DNA from: Deltaproteobacteria bacterium
GTDB lineage: Bacteria > UBA10199 > JACPAL01
NCBI GenBank assembly: GCA_016180855.1
Contig: JACPAL010000011.1
Span: 7,392-71,391 of the forward strand
Length of the DNA: 64,000 bases
Direction of reading: 5' to 3'
Both the position numbers and the translations under genes were made by a program. The notes below the pieces were generated by a model that was given only the letters and a program-made list of their open reading frames with translations, made no database searches and was not told the origin of the DNA. Shown piece after piece: positions 37,401-45,332 of this stretch (the first letter of the stretch is position 1; each line of letters opens with the position of its first letter).

Positions 37401-37535
37401 ATGACAAAAACACTCATCACTCTCAGGCCAGACGGCTTCGACATCGGCCCCGACCGGGTTATTCCGTCCTAAAAACAGAAGAGAAAAAACTGCCAGGCCG
37501 ATGAGACAGGATTTTATTTTAAGAAGACTTTTCAT
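34440..37535 (-). CDS. large secreted calcium-binding protein with ~18-20 thrombospondin type-3-like repeats
   Basis: 1031 aa. Signal peptide MKSLLKIKSCLIGLAVFSLLFLG. Many DxDxDGxxDxxED units, e.g. DTDGDGFSDGEDQCP, DTDGDGMRDDEDACP, DSDTDDDGILDGIED. AAGAGGTGA SD. Confidence 0.8.
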   Translation of the reverse strand: MKSLLKIKSCLIGLAVFSLLFLGRNNPVGADVEAVWPESDECFCHDDGPGGFSYHTQHDCDGDKLYNWEEDVNVNCVTDAFETSSGVREESSHPDPKDTDGDGIGDLYEIFKSDAAHNAYVIEIGAEDGPDTIAGLSQDVRNGFRCPTAADPFNCDGDELNNGNDLDADNDGVNDSRENCDGEVNGDVNGKLVWDSRCLKDDNPYAWQETDPYDPDSDDDGLPDDPAQDICPYEGSPGNPIGDPNGDVRCVRKLCRPEVMNKLAASTDTDNDGRPDLVEDASKDCRIQGEAEAPNLLESDPYFDHSDTARVAIGGGSGSTKLKPKTAPALEGEVIENLGSGMARVRVQNAAGQNYSYVVVQYAATGNGDGKADGHDACPLDATATCDGVCVPGAPTVLSAETNPATQVARRRANVNEQCADYDDDNLCDGEEDLDDNCLYNRPEEGEASRETDWRNSDTDGDAALRYEGGGPSTGIDSIDECPHFAPSEVGYPDCRRFYCDRSFPDRIRFKHTAGVDTDDDGITDIHEDPDQDCQANPDNADLNILHLDPFDPDTDGDGFSDGEDQCPGVPNATQDMEDITFCGYDNIGGNAGPFNHCVPDSAHPIWAGADGKEDSDRDGIPNVQEDSNGNCSLDEFESNPFLRDTDGDGMRDDEDACPWSSDIYCVRRCIANQYVDGKDSDGDGLKDVEEDRNQNCHYFGESENVTGETEPWDTNPFLRDSDGDGINDKVDGCQATDPGLLFSRNADGRPDASNEELECARSQCIEGNGRDPGALKDSDGDFIPDVKEDLDNDCLRTSASGETDRFDSDTDDDGILDGIEDINRNGVKDTNETDPRYTDTDGDGISDGVEDYNQNGRVDLGELDPKKADSDGDTIPDNIEDRDHDGLWDASVNGQSVPLTGPCRADGNGGNPETSGYLADSDLDGISDNLEDLNGNGQFTDIGKKYAEGIEEAINEITQGIGVKEFGETHPCDEDTDNDGLHDGQEDKNKNGAFEPKEGETSPLSPHTFGEPDMSRLERRLGISGCSLIR

Positions 37536-37545
37536 AGTTCACCTC

Positions 37546-38382
37546 TTACTTGGACTTCGCGTTAGGGTTCTTGCTTCCGATGAGATAACCAACTCCGAGC
37601 ATGAACCGCGTTGTAACGGGCCATCCCATGCTCAAACCGGACGCCTCGGGGCAGTCAGACTGACCTCTCATGGTACAATAGTTCGAAACTGCATTGTCGA
37701 CGCGGTCCTCGCCAACAAATGTTCCTTCAATCGATGCGGTCCACAACGCATCGAATCCGAGGAACCAATAGACATTTGTTTTTTTATGAAAATAACTGCC
37801 AACCGTAATATCTCCTCCTGCTGCGAAGGCTAAATCATTATTGGCGGCAACCACAACGGGGACACCGTTTTGAAAACGCGGGAGATCGCCCGTTAACAAG
37901 GCGCCGCTCTTCTGGTCCTCACTCGCATCGAAGCGGAGGAGATTAACTCCGACACCGCCCCTCAGACGATAGAAGAAACCGGCCGATCCAATCTCTTGTT
38001 GCCAATAAGGCTGGAGGAGAAATGCGGTCTCATCACCTGTAGAGCCGTTATGATCAGGGGCATTGGTAGGGGCAATCGTCTGGCGTCTTACGGTGAGATC
38101 GAGGCCAAATACCTTAACGGATGCTTTAGGGTCGGAACGAAAACGGAGCATCGGGCCTGCCGACAATTTGAAGCTGTTGAACAAATTTTGGGGACGATAC
38201 GGGCGACTTGTTGAACTGACACCGCTCCCCTGATCTCCATCTACATTCCCTGAGATAACCGAGCTTGTGGGAGAGAAGAGACTAAGATCCCCCTCCACAT
38301 GGCCGCCGATTTTTAGCTCAAAACAACCAAAGCGATCGCCCGGTTGTCTCTGCTTTTCATAGTCAAATCCATGCTGGTCCAT
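37546..38382 (-). CDS. hypothetical beta-rich protein without signal peptide
   Basis: 278 aa. GGGAGAAGGG SD. Alternating hydrophobic/polar pattern. No N-terminal hydrophobic segment. No family recognised. Confidence 0.55.
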   Translation of the reverse strand: MDQHGFDYEKQRQPGDRFGCFELKIGGHVEGDLSLFSPTSSVISGNVDGDQGSGVSSTSRPYRPQNLFNSFKLSAGPMLRFRSDPKASVKVFGLDLTVRRQTIAPTNAPDHNGSTGDETAFLLQPYWQQEIGSAGFFYRLRGGVGVNLLRFDASEDQKSGALLTGDLPRFQNGVPVVVAANNDLAFAAGGDITVGSYFHKKTNVYWFLGFDALWTASIEGTFVGEDRVDNAVSNYCTMRGQSDCPEASGLSMGWPVTTRFMLGVGYLIGSKNPNAKSK

Positions 38383-38489
38383 ACCCTTCTCCCTTTTCTA
38401 CCCCCAAACATCCGTCATTAAATTTTTCGGTCACTTTACAGAACTGTTGCTAGGTTTCCGTTATTTACCTCTTATTTTTTCGGCCTCAC

Positions 38490-40199
38490 TTAAGGGGCCT
38501 CTTCCCAAACCTCCCATCGATAGACCTTGGAGGAGTCCCATACAAAACTGACCCCACCGATGACTTGAGACCCCTTGATCTGTGGAATACTGGCGGAGTC
38601 AGTCACCAGCGTTGCAGCGATCCAATCATCCCCTTGAGACGCCTGAACGAGAGTCGATTCACCCGCAACCGCCTGACGATGAATTCCTTCAGCCTGGCCA
38701 ATCACTTTGACCGGTCCACCGGCATTCACAATTTGGTACGGATACCAGGAGTTACCACTCAGATAATAGGCACCTGCCGAGGTGATGAGATAGGTCTGGC
38801 TCCCCGCCTCTTCTATAAATTGGGCTGTTCCCGAGGGGCGATTCGTTGCCCTCCAGGAACTGCCGGACGTGCTCTTGTAAATGCGTCCCTGATCTGAAAG
38901 TGCAAAGAACGAACTCGAAGTAGCAAAAGTTTGTAGGTCCTCCCAGGCGCCGGTAAGACCGACCAACTGGGCCGCCGTTGCTGAGCTCGTGGCACCACGG
39001 TAAATCCCATGGTTCGATCCGATGATGTAGTTGGAGCCGCGGCTTGCAACAGAGTAAGTCGTTTCGGGTGTTGCCGTTCCACCCGGCTGGAAAATGAGCG
39101 AGCGCGACCAGCTGTTTCCGCCATTATCGGACTCAAAGAGTTCCCCGGCCGCCGAGACCGCCAGGACAACAGAGCCGTTGGTAGCGACGGACTTGATCTC
39201 CTCTCCCTCACCAATACCGGTCAGACGATCATTGAGATTTTCGAGCGAGCCACCGGAAATATTCTGGCGATAGAGCCCATGGTCCGTCGCTGTAAAAATG
39301 ACATTCTCGCGGATCGCTACATTATTGATCGTCGTTCCGTCCGGCAATGAGACAAGCGGTGAGAACCGAACACTGTAATTCTCATTGCTGATGACGATCG
39401 TAACGCTGGCGGTCTGAACGGTTCCTTGGGTACCGATCGCATTGAGCGAATAGGTATAGGTCCCCAATGTGGTGATTTCAAACTCACGCGTCCCATAACA
39501 TCGAAGGTAGGGGCAGGTTGAACCAACAAGACCAGCCGGCAGTGAGATCCCGGTCGATCCAAATGCGATTCTTTGTGCACCACGAACATCCCAGGATAAC
39601 GGGATGATCTGGCCCGGAGCAGCACTCGCCGGCGCGGTAAAGCTGATCTGGATCTCCCCCTCCTCTACCTCCACCTGACATCCGTCATCACCGGCATCAA
39701 CATAACCATCGAGGTCGTTATCGATCGCATCGGCACAGGTTGCCTCATCATAGGCCAGATTTTCGGGGAGGCTCCACGAATCGAGCGGAAGAGATCCATG
39801 AGTCACCTCCTCCTCGTCATTCACACCATCGGCATCATCGTCGAGGTCACAGGCATTTCCCTCACGATCACGATTGGTATCCTGTTGACTCGCATTGGCG
39901 ACCTCGGGGCAATTGTCACTTTCATCCAGAATCCCATCCCCATCCTGGTCATCAACAGGGCCCTCTTCTGCTGACCCCTCAGTCTCATCCTCGCTCTCTT
40001 CCCCTTCATCGGCCTCTTCCGTCGTCTCTCCGTCCCCTTCCTCCTCCGATTCGGAAGGCGTCGCCGTGACTGAGGCTTGTGTTCTCCGAACCCCACTCGG
40101 GGCCTGAAGCAGTTCATCGGGAGGGCCGTCGTTCAGATAACAACCGGTGAGCACCACCAAAAAAATAATGAGCAAAAACTGTGAGATCCTCTTTACCAT
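38490..40199 (-). CDS. lipoprotein with acidic linker, thrombospondin type-3 repeats and BNR/beta-propeller-like C-terminal region
   Basis: 569 aa. Lipobox VVLTGC. E/D-rich tract. DQDGDGILDESDNCP and DLDDDADGVNDEEE. BNR-like SDNGGNSWS. Confidence 0.7.
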   Translation of the reverse strand: MVKRISQFLLIIFLVVLTGCYLNDGPPDELLQAPSGVRRTQASVTATPSESEEEGDGETTEEADEGEESEDETEGSAEEGPVDDQDGDGILDESDNCPEVANASQQDTNRDREGNACDLDDDADGVNDEEEVTHGSLPLDSWSLPENLAYDEATCADAIDNDLDGYVDAGDDGCQVEVEEGEIQISFTAPASAAPGQIIPLSWDVRGAQRIAFGSTGISLPAGLVGSTCPYLRCYGTREFEITTLGTYTYSLNAIGTQGTVQTASVTIVISNENYSVRFSPLVSLPDGTTINNVAIRENVIFTATDHGLYRQNISGGSLENLNDRLTGIGEGEEIKSVATNGSVVLAVSAAGELFESDNGGNSWSRSLIFQPGGTATPETTYSVASRGSNYIIGSNHGIYRGATSSATAAQLVGLTGAWEDLQTFATSSSFFALSDQGRIYKSTSGSSWRATNRPSGTAQFIEEAGSQTYLITSAGAYYLSGNSWYPYQIVNAGGPVKVIGQAEGIHRQAVAGESTLVQASQGDDWIAATLVTDSASIPQIKGSQVIGGVSFVWDSSKVYRWEVWEEAP

Positions 40200-41527
40200 G
40201 GGACCTCCAGAATTCCGCCCTCTCCTAAATTAGCTGCCAGGGCAACAAAGAAGAAGTAATCTTCGACGGGAAACTGAGGCACCATGGTATCCATCTGACC
40301 TGCCTCACTGGGATCGATATTTTCATAGCCGCTTGCACTCGACCAGCTCTTGGAGAGGAGGACCTTTAAGGTAAGTCCCTTGGCATAGTTCTTCTTTCCA
40401 TCTTCAAGCACATAGAGATGGTCTTTTAGTCCATGGGGCAATTTTGTATCGAACACCTTCTCGATTCCGGCAACGAGAGGAAAACTGAGCTGTAACGTGG
40501 CAAGACGGCTCTCGGCCCACGGTTCGGTTGCGACAACATCCTCAACACGGATATTCTGATGACGGGTGGCATAGACAAAACCGAGCGTCACCCCCTCATA
40601 AAGGAGCTTGTCGAGATTTAATGTCGCCCCGTAGTAAGAAATCGTTCTGTTCTGAATGATTGTCTCGCCGGCATCGGTCTTATATTCTGTGCGTAATGGA
40701 TCGTTCCCATAATGAAGGGCCAGATTCCACAAGACCGGGAATTCCGCCCTGGTGCGAATCGTTGGATAATTTTCAGAAGTGCCTGCTCCGTAATATTCAT
40801 TAACAGAGGGATCGGCCGCCGCCTCTGCACGCATCATCTCACCTTCGACCGCAACCTTTGTCCATATCCATTTGGTGAGGTCAGCACCGAGCGTCGCCCG
40901 TGCATACCAGGCCTTCGCACCCGTCACCGATCCGTTCTCATCCTGATCGGTCCCAAACGCGCCATCGAGGCTGAGCGAAAGGTGCTTTAAAGGTTCCCAC
41001 AGCTTCCAGAGGGGGGCGTTTCTAAATGTGCCACCGACGACAAAACCGGCATTTGGCTCAAAACCACCCGATGAGGCGATCGCGAGCGGGTTGGCGGAAC
41101 CGGGGACACCCACGGTGCTTTCGAGGCGAAGCGTCCCATGTCCCAAACGGGCTGAAAAATCGCTCCCCTCATGTTCATAACCATAGGTGGGAGATCCGCC
41201 CGGTTCATGCTCACCCTTGAATCCGCCCTTTTCGATGCTGAAACTTAAACCGATCCCGCCACTCGGGATAACCTTATCACCGTCCGGGTTCGGAACGACG
41301 TGATAGAGGGGAAGACCATTCGGGTCTTTTGCGACCTTGCTGGAACCCGGAAAGACAAGTTCAAATTTGGGGGTAATCGTTGTTGTAACCCCACCGATAG
41401 AGAGATCCGTTGACGCCTGGCCCCCCACTTTTCCATTAACGATGGTACAGTCTTTCCCGCAACCGGTACCACTCTGGCCGGTTGTTACATTGAGGCCTGT
41501 CAATCCGTTGAGAGAGATCTCTCCCAT
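40193..41527 (-). CDS. hypothetical beta-rich protein without signal peptide, aromatic C-terminus
   Basis: 444 aa. The ATG follows the porin TAA by 9 nt, with GGGAG between them, so no upstream extension is possible. Ends ..GILEVPW. No family recognised. Confidence 0.55.
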   Translation of the reverse strand: MGEISLNGLTGLNVTTGQSGTGCGKDCTIVNGKVGGQASTDLSIGGVTTTITPKFELVFPGSSKVAKDPNGLPLYHVVPNPDGDKVIPSGGIGLSFSIEKGGFKGEHEPGGSPTYGYEHEGSDFSARLGHGTLRLESTVGVPGSANPLAIASSGGFEPNAGFVVGGTFRNAPLWKLWEPLKHLSLSLDGAFGTDQDENGSVTGAKAWYARATLGADLTKWIWTKVAVEGEMMRAEAAADPSVNEYYGAGTSENYPTIRTRAEFPVLWNLALHYGNDPLRTEYKTDAGETIIQNRTISYYGATLNLDKLLYEGVTLGFVYATRHQNIRVEDVVATEPWAESRLATLQLSFPLVAGIEKVFDTKLPHGLKDHLYVLEDGKKNYAKGLTLKVLLSKSWSSASGYENIDPSEAGQMDTMVPQFPVEDYFFFVALAANLGEGGILEVPW

Positions 41528-41536
41528 CTTGCTCCC

Positions 41537-42733
41537 TTAAAATTGAAGAAAGAGTTGTGCGCGAACGACCTGGTCGTTGAGGTTGCGGATTCCGTTCACG
41601 TTCAGGATCTGTTTGTACTCCCCCTGAAGTTTCAGCTTGTCTCCTTTGAAGTAGTAATTGAGACCCCCTGCTAACTCATGAATCGGATTGGGACTCCCTT
41701 CGTTATCTTTCGTAAGACCGGTCAAGGCAAGCGCCGGGGTGGGAAAATCCGGAATCACAACGGCATAACGTCCTGCCGCCTCGAACTTGTGAGGAACGAT
41801 GAAGAACCCTGCCTGTGTGAGGTACCCGTGGTCAAATGACCGGAAACGGGTGTTGTAGACAAATTGCCACTGGCCAAGCAGATTGAATCCCATCCAGGTA
41901 AAGGCACCATCAAGATCACCACGCACCAACCGGTTCTCATGTGGTTTGATGCCTAAATCGACATCTTCCTGAAAGCCCGCCGTCTCCTTTGCACTACCAA
42001 AATCATAGAGGGCCGTTGCGCCAAAACCCAAATTTGGACTGTCGGAATAATCCGGGTCCCCCTGGTAACCGGTCAGCCTCCCCATGGCGATGTACTCAAG
42101 CCGTGTTCCTGTCATGATCTCTTTGTTTTTGTTTGCTGCGTTTGCCCCATCACCATTCGTAAAGAAAAAATAGTAGTTGAGCGGAAGCGGACCGACACCG
42201 CCACTCAGCATGAGGCCACGATCACGGCCAATTCCGAAATGTCCAGAGACAATCGATCCGGTCACCATCTGAGAACCAAAGGAGGAGTAGAAGTCTTCCC
42301 GGTTGATCGGGAGGTAAAACTGCCCTGTCCGGATATTGAAATAATTAACGATATTGAGATCGACATAGGCATCTTTCAGAGAGGCACCGCCGTCAGCATA
42401 GTCAACGGCAATCATGTAGAGGACCTTGGAAGAGAAACTGTGTCCCTTGAAGAAGGTCCTCACACTCTCAAACTGGAAGGTGCTTGTATCGAGTCGCGTC
42501 TCCTTGTACTCGTACTGATACTGGGGAATGACCCGCAGATTGACCTGAAACTTGAATTTTTCGTCCTCCGAAAGGAGATAAAAACCGCCGTCGTAGCCCC
42601 CTTTGACGGCAAACGCTTTTCCAGGGAGAAACTGCAGAGAGAGGACGACCAACCCCATAAACAGAATCCACGGTGATTTGAGGATTTTAGGAGAGTGATA
42701 CGTCACAAAATCATTATCGAACTTAAGGGCCAA
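41537..42733 (-). CDS. outer-membrane porin, phosphate-selective porin O/P-like
   Basis: 398 aa. Signal-like WILFMGLVVLSLQFLPGKAFA. GGFYLLSEDEKFKFQVNLRVIPQYQY resembles the Porin_O_P N-terminal strand pattern. C-terminal ..AQLFLQF. TTG start at 42733, or GTG at 42706. Confidence 0.55.
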   Translation of the reverse strand: MALKFDNDFVTYHSPKILKSPWILFMGLVVLSLQFLPGKAFAVKGGYDGGFYLLSEDEKFKFQVNLRVIPQYQYEYKETRLDTSTFQFESVRTFFKGHSFSSKVLYMIAVDYADGGASLKDAYVDLNIVNYFNIRTGQFYLPINREDFYSSFGSQMVTGSIVSGHFGIGRDRGLMLSGGVGPLPLNYYFFFTNGDGANAANKNKEIMTGTRLEYIAMGRLTGYQGDPDYSDSPNLGFGATALYDFGSAKETAGFQEDVDLGIKPHENRLVRGDLDGAFTWMGFNLLGQWQFVYNTRFRSFDHGYLTQAGFFIVPHKFEAAGRYAVVIPDFPTPALALTGLTKDNEGSPNPIHELAGGLNYYFKGDKLKLQGEYKQILNVNGIRNLNDQVVRAQLFLQF

Positions 42734-42829
42734 AGGTTGCTTTTGATTTTTTTAGTCCCGCCCCACTTTTTACAAAACTCTTTTTGAGATAAACCGAGAA
42801 TGAAAAGGAGGGGTTAGGGGAAGCCTCCG

Positions 42830-43198
42830 ATGGAGGAGACTATTCGGGCATCCGGCTCTGAAAACCTGTTTTCCACTTCCTGGGAGTCGCTACCCCCGGA
42901 AGAGGCTCTTGGTGCGAGTTTTCTCCCCTCACTCTCTCCGGAGATCAAGTCAATTTTTTACAAGGCAGGGGCAGCACCGGGATGGGCCGCACTCGGAGGG
43001 GCCGTCACCCTCCCCTATCTCCTGACCCTCCCTGCCTTCGGTTCAACTCCTCGCAGCATCGGCTCGAAGATACTCTCTTCACGTCCAGCAGCCGTTGCCA
43101 CCGCGCTCATGGGGGCCCTCCTTTTTTCTACTGCGAACCCGGCCGTCGGACTATCTTCACTTCATTACAAAGTCATCGTGGGAGACGTTCAAGAATGA
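42830..43198 (+). CDS. hypothetical ORF, possibly the frameshifted 5' part of the next gene
   Basis: 122-codon ATG ORF with hydrophobic segments. Overlaps the next long ORF by ~100 nt in a region where all three forward frames are open. The nearest SD-like GGAGGGG is ~18 nt upstream, which is too far. Confidence 0.3.
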   Translation: MEETIRASGSENLFSTSWESLPPEEALGASFLPSLSPEIKSIFYKAGAAPGWAALGGAVTLPYLLTLPAFGSTPRSIGSKILSSRPAAVATALMGALLFSTANPAVGLSSLHYKVIVGDVQE

Positions 43199-43286
43199 CC
43201 GAACCGCCCTCTTGGGAAAGGCGGGCGTCATTTTTAATCCGCAGTGGTATATCCATCCGTTCACGAGTGGTCCGAATCCGGTTGCG

Positions 43287-45032
43287 ATGACAGGTCTTCG
43301 TCGTGTTGCCTATTCTACGATACGCACGGGAGGGGTCGTTGGTCTTGGAATCAATCTTTATCACGATCATCTCGCCGAAACAACACTCAAGGAAAATGTC
43401 GCCTGGCAACGGACACGCATGATCTTCGGACTCCTCATGGTGGGAGGAATCGTTGAATACACGGTCTCCACAATGGCGCTGCTCCGTTTGGGAGCCTATA
43501 TCAATGCCGGCACGGAGGTGATTGTCGAATTGGCGAATCAGAGAAAGACGACGGCGGTCGCCGATCTCAATTATTTTCGATTTTCACTCGGCGTCTTGAG
43601 GACCGGTTTCTTCTCCATGGCACTCGATCGCGGCATCTACTTCACACGTCTCCGACGACTGAGTACCCTTAATGAGAGACAGTTTTTAGCGCGCTACCCC
43701 GCAGAGACCGTTGCAGGGAAGGGTGAAAAACTGCGGTTGGCCTATGACCGGATGAAGGAGGTTTATGCGACCGACCTCTCTTGGGAACAGAGGTTTGAGA
43801 GACTCAACACAGCCTTGGGGAATGGCCTTCGAGAGAGAATTTTGACGCTTCGTGAGTTGGCGAGCCTTGAAACACGCGGTCAGCGAATTTCAATCGCGCT
43901 CGAGGCGGTCCTCTTCACGAGCCTTCTCATGGCGCCGGTCTACACCGCCGAGGGGATCCTGCAGGGGGTCAACCCGGGCAACTATTTAACGGCAAGGTTT
44001 CATCAGGTGATTTCTCCATCCCCCATAATGCAGATTACGGCGGAATATTTCGGGGATTATACAAAGGTGAAGTCGATCATCATCAACAAGTTCCTCCTCT
44101 TCTGGATCTTTGGAAACGGAACTTATGTTACGGATCCCAAATACGCCGGGGAGGACAATGCGATCCGGACACTCATCAAGACACGGAAGGAGGCCGATCG
44201 CATCGATGCCCTGCAGGGAGAGGAATGGAGAGAGATGATCTCCTTCTACCTCCGTAAAAAACTGGGGCATGTCGAAGGGGACCTCACAAGCTTTACGGGA
44301 TGGCTTGGTTACCTCCGGGCCTGTAAATACTCCCTTTCAAACGACGCCCAGTCGTTTGGTGTCTTCTTTGGGTCAATCCTGGAAAAGTCGGAAATGATCC
44401 TGGCCGGTGGCCTCCGACTTCTTGACAAAGGTTTTGATGCTATCGCCCAGTCGATCCACCAATTGACTGACAGACTGACAAGCGACGCTCAGCCCTACAG
44501 TGGCTCACTATGGTTACCCTTGAATCGATTTGCCTCGTGGCTCGAGGGCTGCCTTGATGATCCCGAGAAAATGATACCGTTCTCCGAAATGGCCCACGCT
44601 ATGTACCGCTTTGCCGACACCCTTTTCACGCCTGATCATGACGTCTTTTACACACTTTTCGACACGCTCCGGTCGCCTGATGAGCACGGTCTCAGTATCG
44701 AGGAACGTGACGGCCTCGTCGAGCTTTTGGCCAGCTACGCGAGCAAGAGCCCGTTGCATGACAAAAAGGCGGCTGATTGGTTGCGGAAAACCGACCCAAA
44801 TCGCTACTGGGAGGAATGGGCCCTGCTCCGAACACTTGCCCTATTCCCCTTGATTTCGAAGGAATATCCTGTTTTCAGACCGTTGCGTGAGAATGAAAAA
44901 TTGGGGAGTTTGGAACAGGAGGTCCGCGAACACTACCTTATTGGAATAAACGACCTCCCTCCCAATCGTCGGCTCGAAGAGGCTATTCGAAGAATCACCA
45001 ATGAGGCAATTCACAGAAGGTATGGGGGATAG
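43287..45032 (+). CDS. hypothetical protein
   Basis: The frame is open from 43095, where the only start is TTG. The first ATG is at 43287. ~580-645 aa. Hydrophobic segments near the N-terminus. No family recognised. Confidence 0.55.
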   Translation: MTGLRRVAYSTIRTGGVVGLGINLYHDHLAETTLKENVAWQRTRMIFGLLMVGGIVEYTVSTMALLRLGAYINAGTEVIVELANQRKTTAVADLNYFRFSLGVLRTGFFSMALDRGIYFTRLRRLSTLNERQFLARYPAETVAGKGEKLRLAYDRMKEVYATDLSWEQRFERLNTALGNGLRERILTLRELASLETRGQRISIALEAVLFTSLLMAPVYTAEGILQGVNPGNYLTARFHQVISPSPIMQITAEYFGDYTKVKSIIINKFLLFWIFGNGTYVTDPKYAGEDNAIRTLIKTRKEADRIDALQGEEWREMISFYLRKKLGHVEGDLTSFTGWLGYLRACKYSLSNDAQSFGVFFGSILEKSEMILAGGLRLLDKGFDAIAQSIHQLTDRLTSDAQPYSGSLWLPLNRFASWLEGCLDDPEKMIPFSEMAHAMYRFADTLFTPDHDVFYTLFDTLRSPDEHGLSIEERDGLVELLASYASKSPLHDKKAADWLRKTDPNRYWEEWALLRTLALFPLISKEYPVFRPLRENEKLGSLEQEVREHYLIGINDLPPNRRLEEAIRRITNEAIHRRYGG

Positions 45033-45047
45033 ATTAAAGGAGTCTCT

Positions 45048-45332
45048 ATGACACCAACAACGGTACTCAAACTCTTAAGTGGTAGCGCCACCCTCCTCTT
45101 GCCAGCAATCGTAAATGACCTTATCCCACGCAAAACAACCACCCAAGAAGCCGACGACGAAGCTTGCGCCGCACTCACTGATGGTGGGCACTGCCTTATC
45201 ACAGAGAAGCCACGTTCAGAGGACTGCAGTTTTTATTCGGATGGCGGTCATTGTCTTATTCCCGGCCAATCATGGCGGTCGTCGTTTGATTGTTACCGGT
45301 CTGGGACTTGCCCTCTGCAAACAGGTGATTGA
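45048..45332 (+). CDS. small Cys/His-rich protein with two DGGHCLI repeats
   Basis: 94 aa. AAAGGAG sits 5 nt before the ATG. Hydrophobic N-terminus. The two 7-codon repeats at 45180-45200 and 45240-45260 differ at 5 third-codon positions, all synonymous. Confidence 0.5.
   Translation: MTPTTVLKLLSGSATLLLPAIVNDLIPRKTTTQEADDEACAALTDGGHCLITEKPRSEDCSFYSDGGHCLIPGQSWRSSFDCYRSGTCPLQTGD

Noticed and set aside
34465-37472. A dozen plus-strand ORFs of 60-210 codons across the TSP3-repeat gene
   Set aside because: The GAT/GAC/GGN-rich repeats of the minus-strand gene keep the other frames open. The translations are repetitive Ile/Arg/Val strings with no start signals.
39960-40070. Repetitive acidic tract that might look like a tandem or CRISPR-like repeat
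   Set aside because: Irregular GAA/GAG/GAC codon-rich coding sequence (the E/D linker of the lipoprotein). No fixed-length repeats or spacers. The same applies to 17740-17800 (EEREEE).
42803-42829. GGAGGGGTTAGGGGAAGCCTCC as another copy of the C-run/G-run element
   Set aside because: Only a 5-bp GGAGG/CCTCC stem and no CTCACCCC box. More likely ordinary promoter or SD-region sequence in the divergent intergenic gap.
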